Assembly: GCA_011389735.1 (NCBI GenBank)
Contig: JAABTS010000050.1
Span: 1 to 35,618 of the forward strand
Direction: 5' to 3'
Source of the DNA: Desulfobacteraceae bacterium
Lineage (GTDB): Bacteria > Desulfobacterota > Desulfobacteria > Desulfobacterales > JAABTS01
Length of the DNA: 35,618 nucleotides
The notes below the pieces were generated by a model. The model was not told the DNA's origin, did no database searches, and worked only from the letters and a program-made list of their open reading frames with translations. The position numbers and the translations under genes are program-made. Positions 35,571-35,618 of the stretch are shown here, piece after piece (within the stretch, counting starts at the first letter, position 1; every line of letters begins with the position of its first letter).

Positions 35571-35618
35571 ATCAAAATCGGGATCGGGATCGGGATCGTA
35601 ATAATTCGATACCGATAC
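35571..35618 (+). repeat. GGGATC hexamer element copy C (AAAATCGGGATCGGGATCGGGATCGTAATAATTCGATACCGATAC), at the window edge
   Basis: Same orientation and near-identical core to copy B. Truncated by the window end. Confidence 0.8.

Overview
The window reads as a GC-rich bacterial chromosomal segment (roughly 55-60% GC by eye). Gene content and motifs are consistent with a deltaproteobacterial / Desulfobacterota-type genome, but this is unverified.

Layout:
(1) 1-3.3 kb: a clearly AT-rich island. It carries a higB-higA toxin-antitoxin pair behind a tandem-repeat promoter, a small RHH/Fis-type HTH protein followed immediately by an HNH endonuclease, and a convergent zinc-ribbon membrane protein.
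(2) 3.36-11.73 kb, minus strand: a tight three-gene operon of NfeD/YqiJ-like membrane protein, flotillin/YqiK-like SPFH protein, and a giant 1850-aa protein with a MoxR-like AAA+ core and C-terminal ankyrin repeats. This is the most unusual locus in the window.
(3) 12.4-24.05 kb, minus strand: a housekeeping run rplU-rpmA-obgE-proB-(PilZ-like)-proA-nadD-rsfS-gpmI-HAD-pepA-(GH18-like)-(RDD protein). It shows multiple stop/start overlaps suggesting translational coupling.
(4) 24.4-25.8 kb: gdhA, divergent from a three-gene archaeal-type split glutamate synthase at 26.27-31.35 kb (class-II amidotransferase; 2x[4Fe-4S]+FMN domain; GXGXG domain fused to a GltD-like FAD/NAD(P) oxidoreductase with a C-terminal ferredoxin).
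(5) 31.6-35.5 kb: a bona fide XPB/Rad25-type SF2 helicase. It is preceded by about 20 tandem copies of a 7-nt repeat plus inverted copies, and followed by a 669-aa uncharacterised candidate partner protein.

Three short repeat families punctuate intergenic regions. One is a 36-40-nt GGCGGCGG...ATCATAYGATTCGTAT...CC element with 3 copies. One is a (GGGATC)3-4 hexamer element with 3 copies, two of which bracket the 669-aa gene. The third is the heptamer array. No rRNA, tRNA or CRISPR array was recognised.
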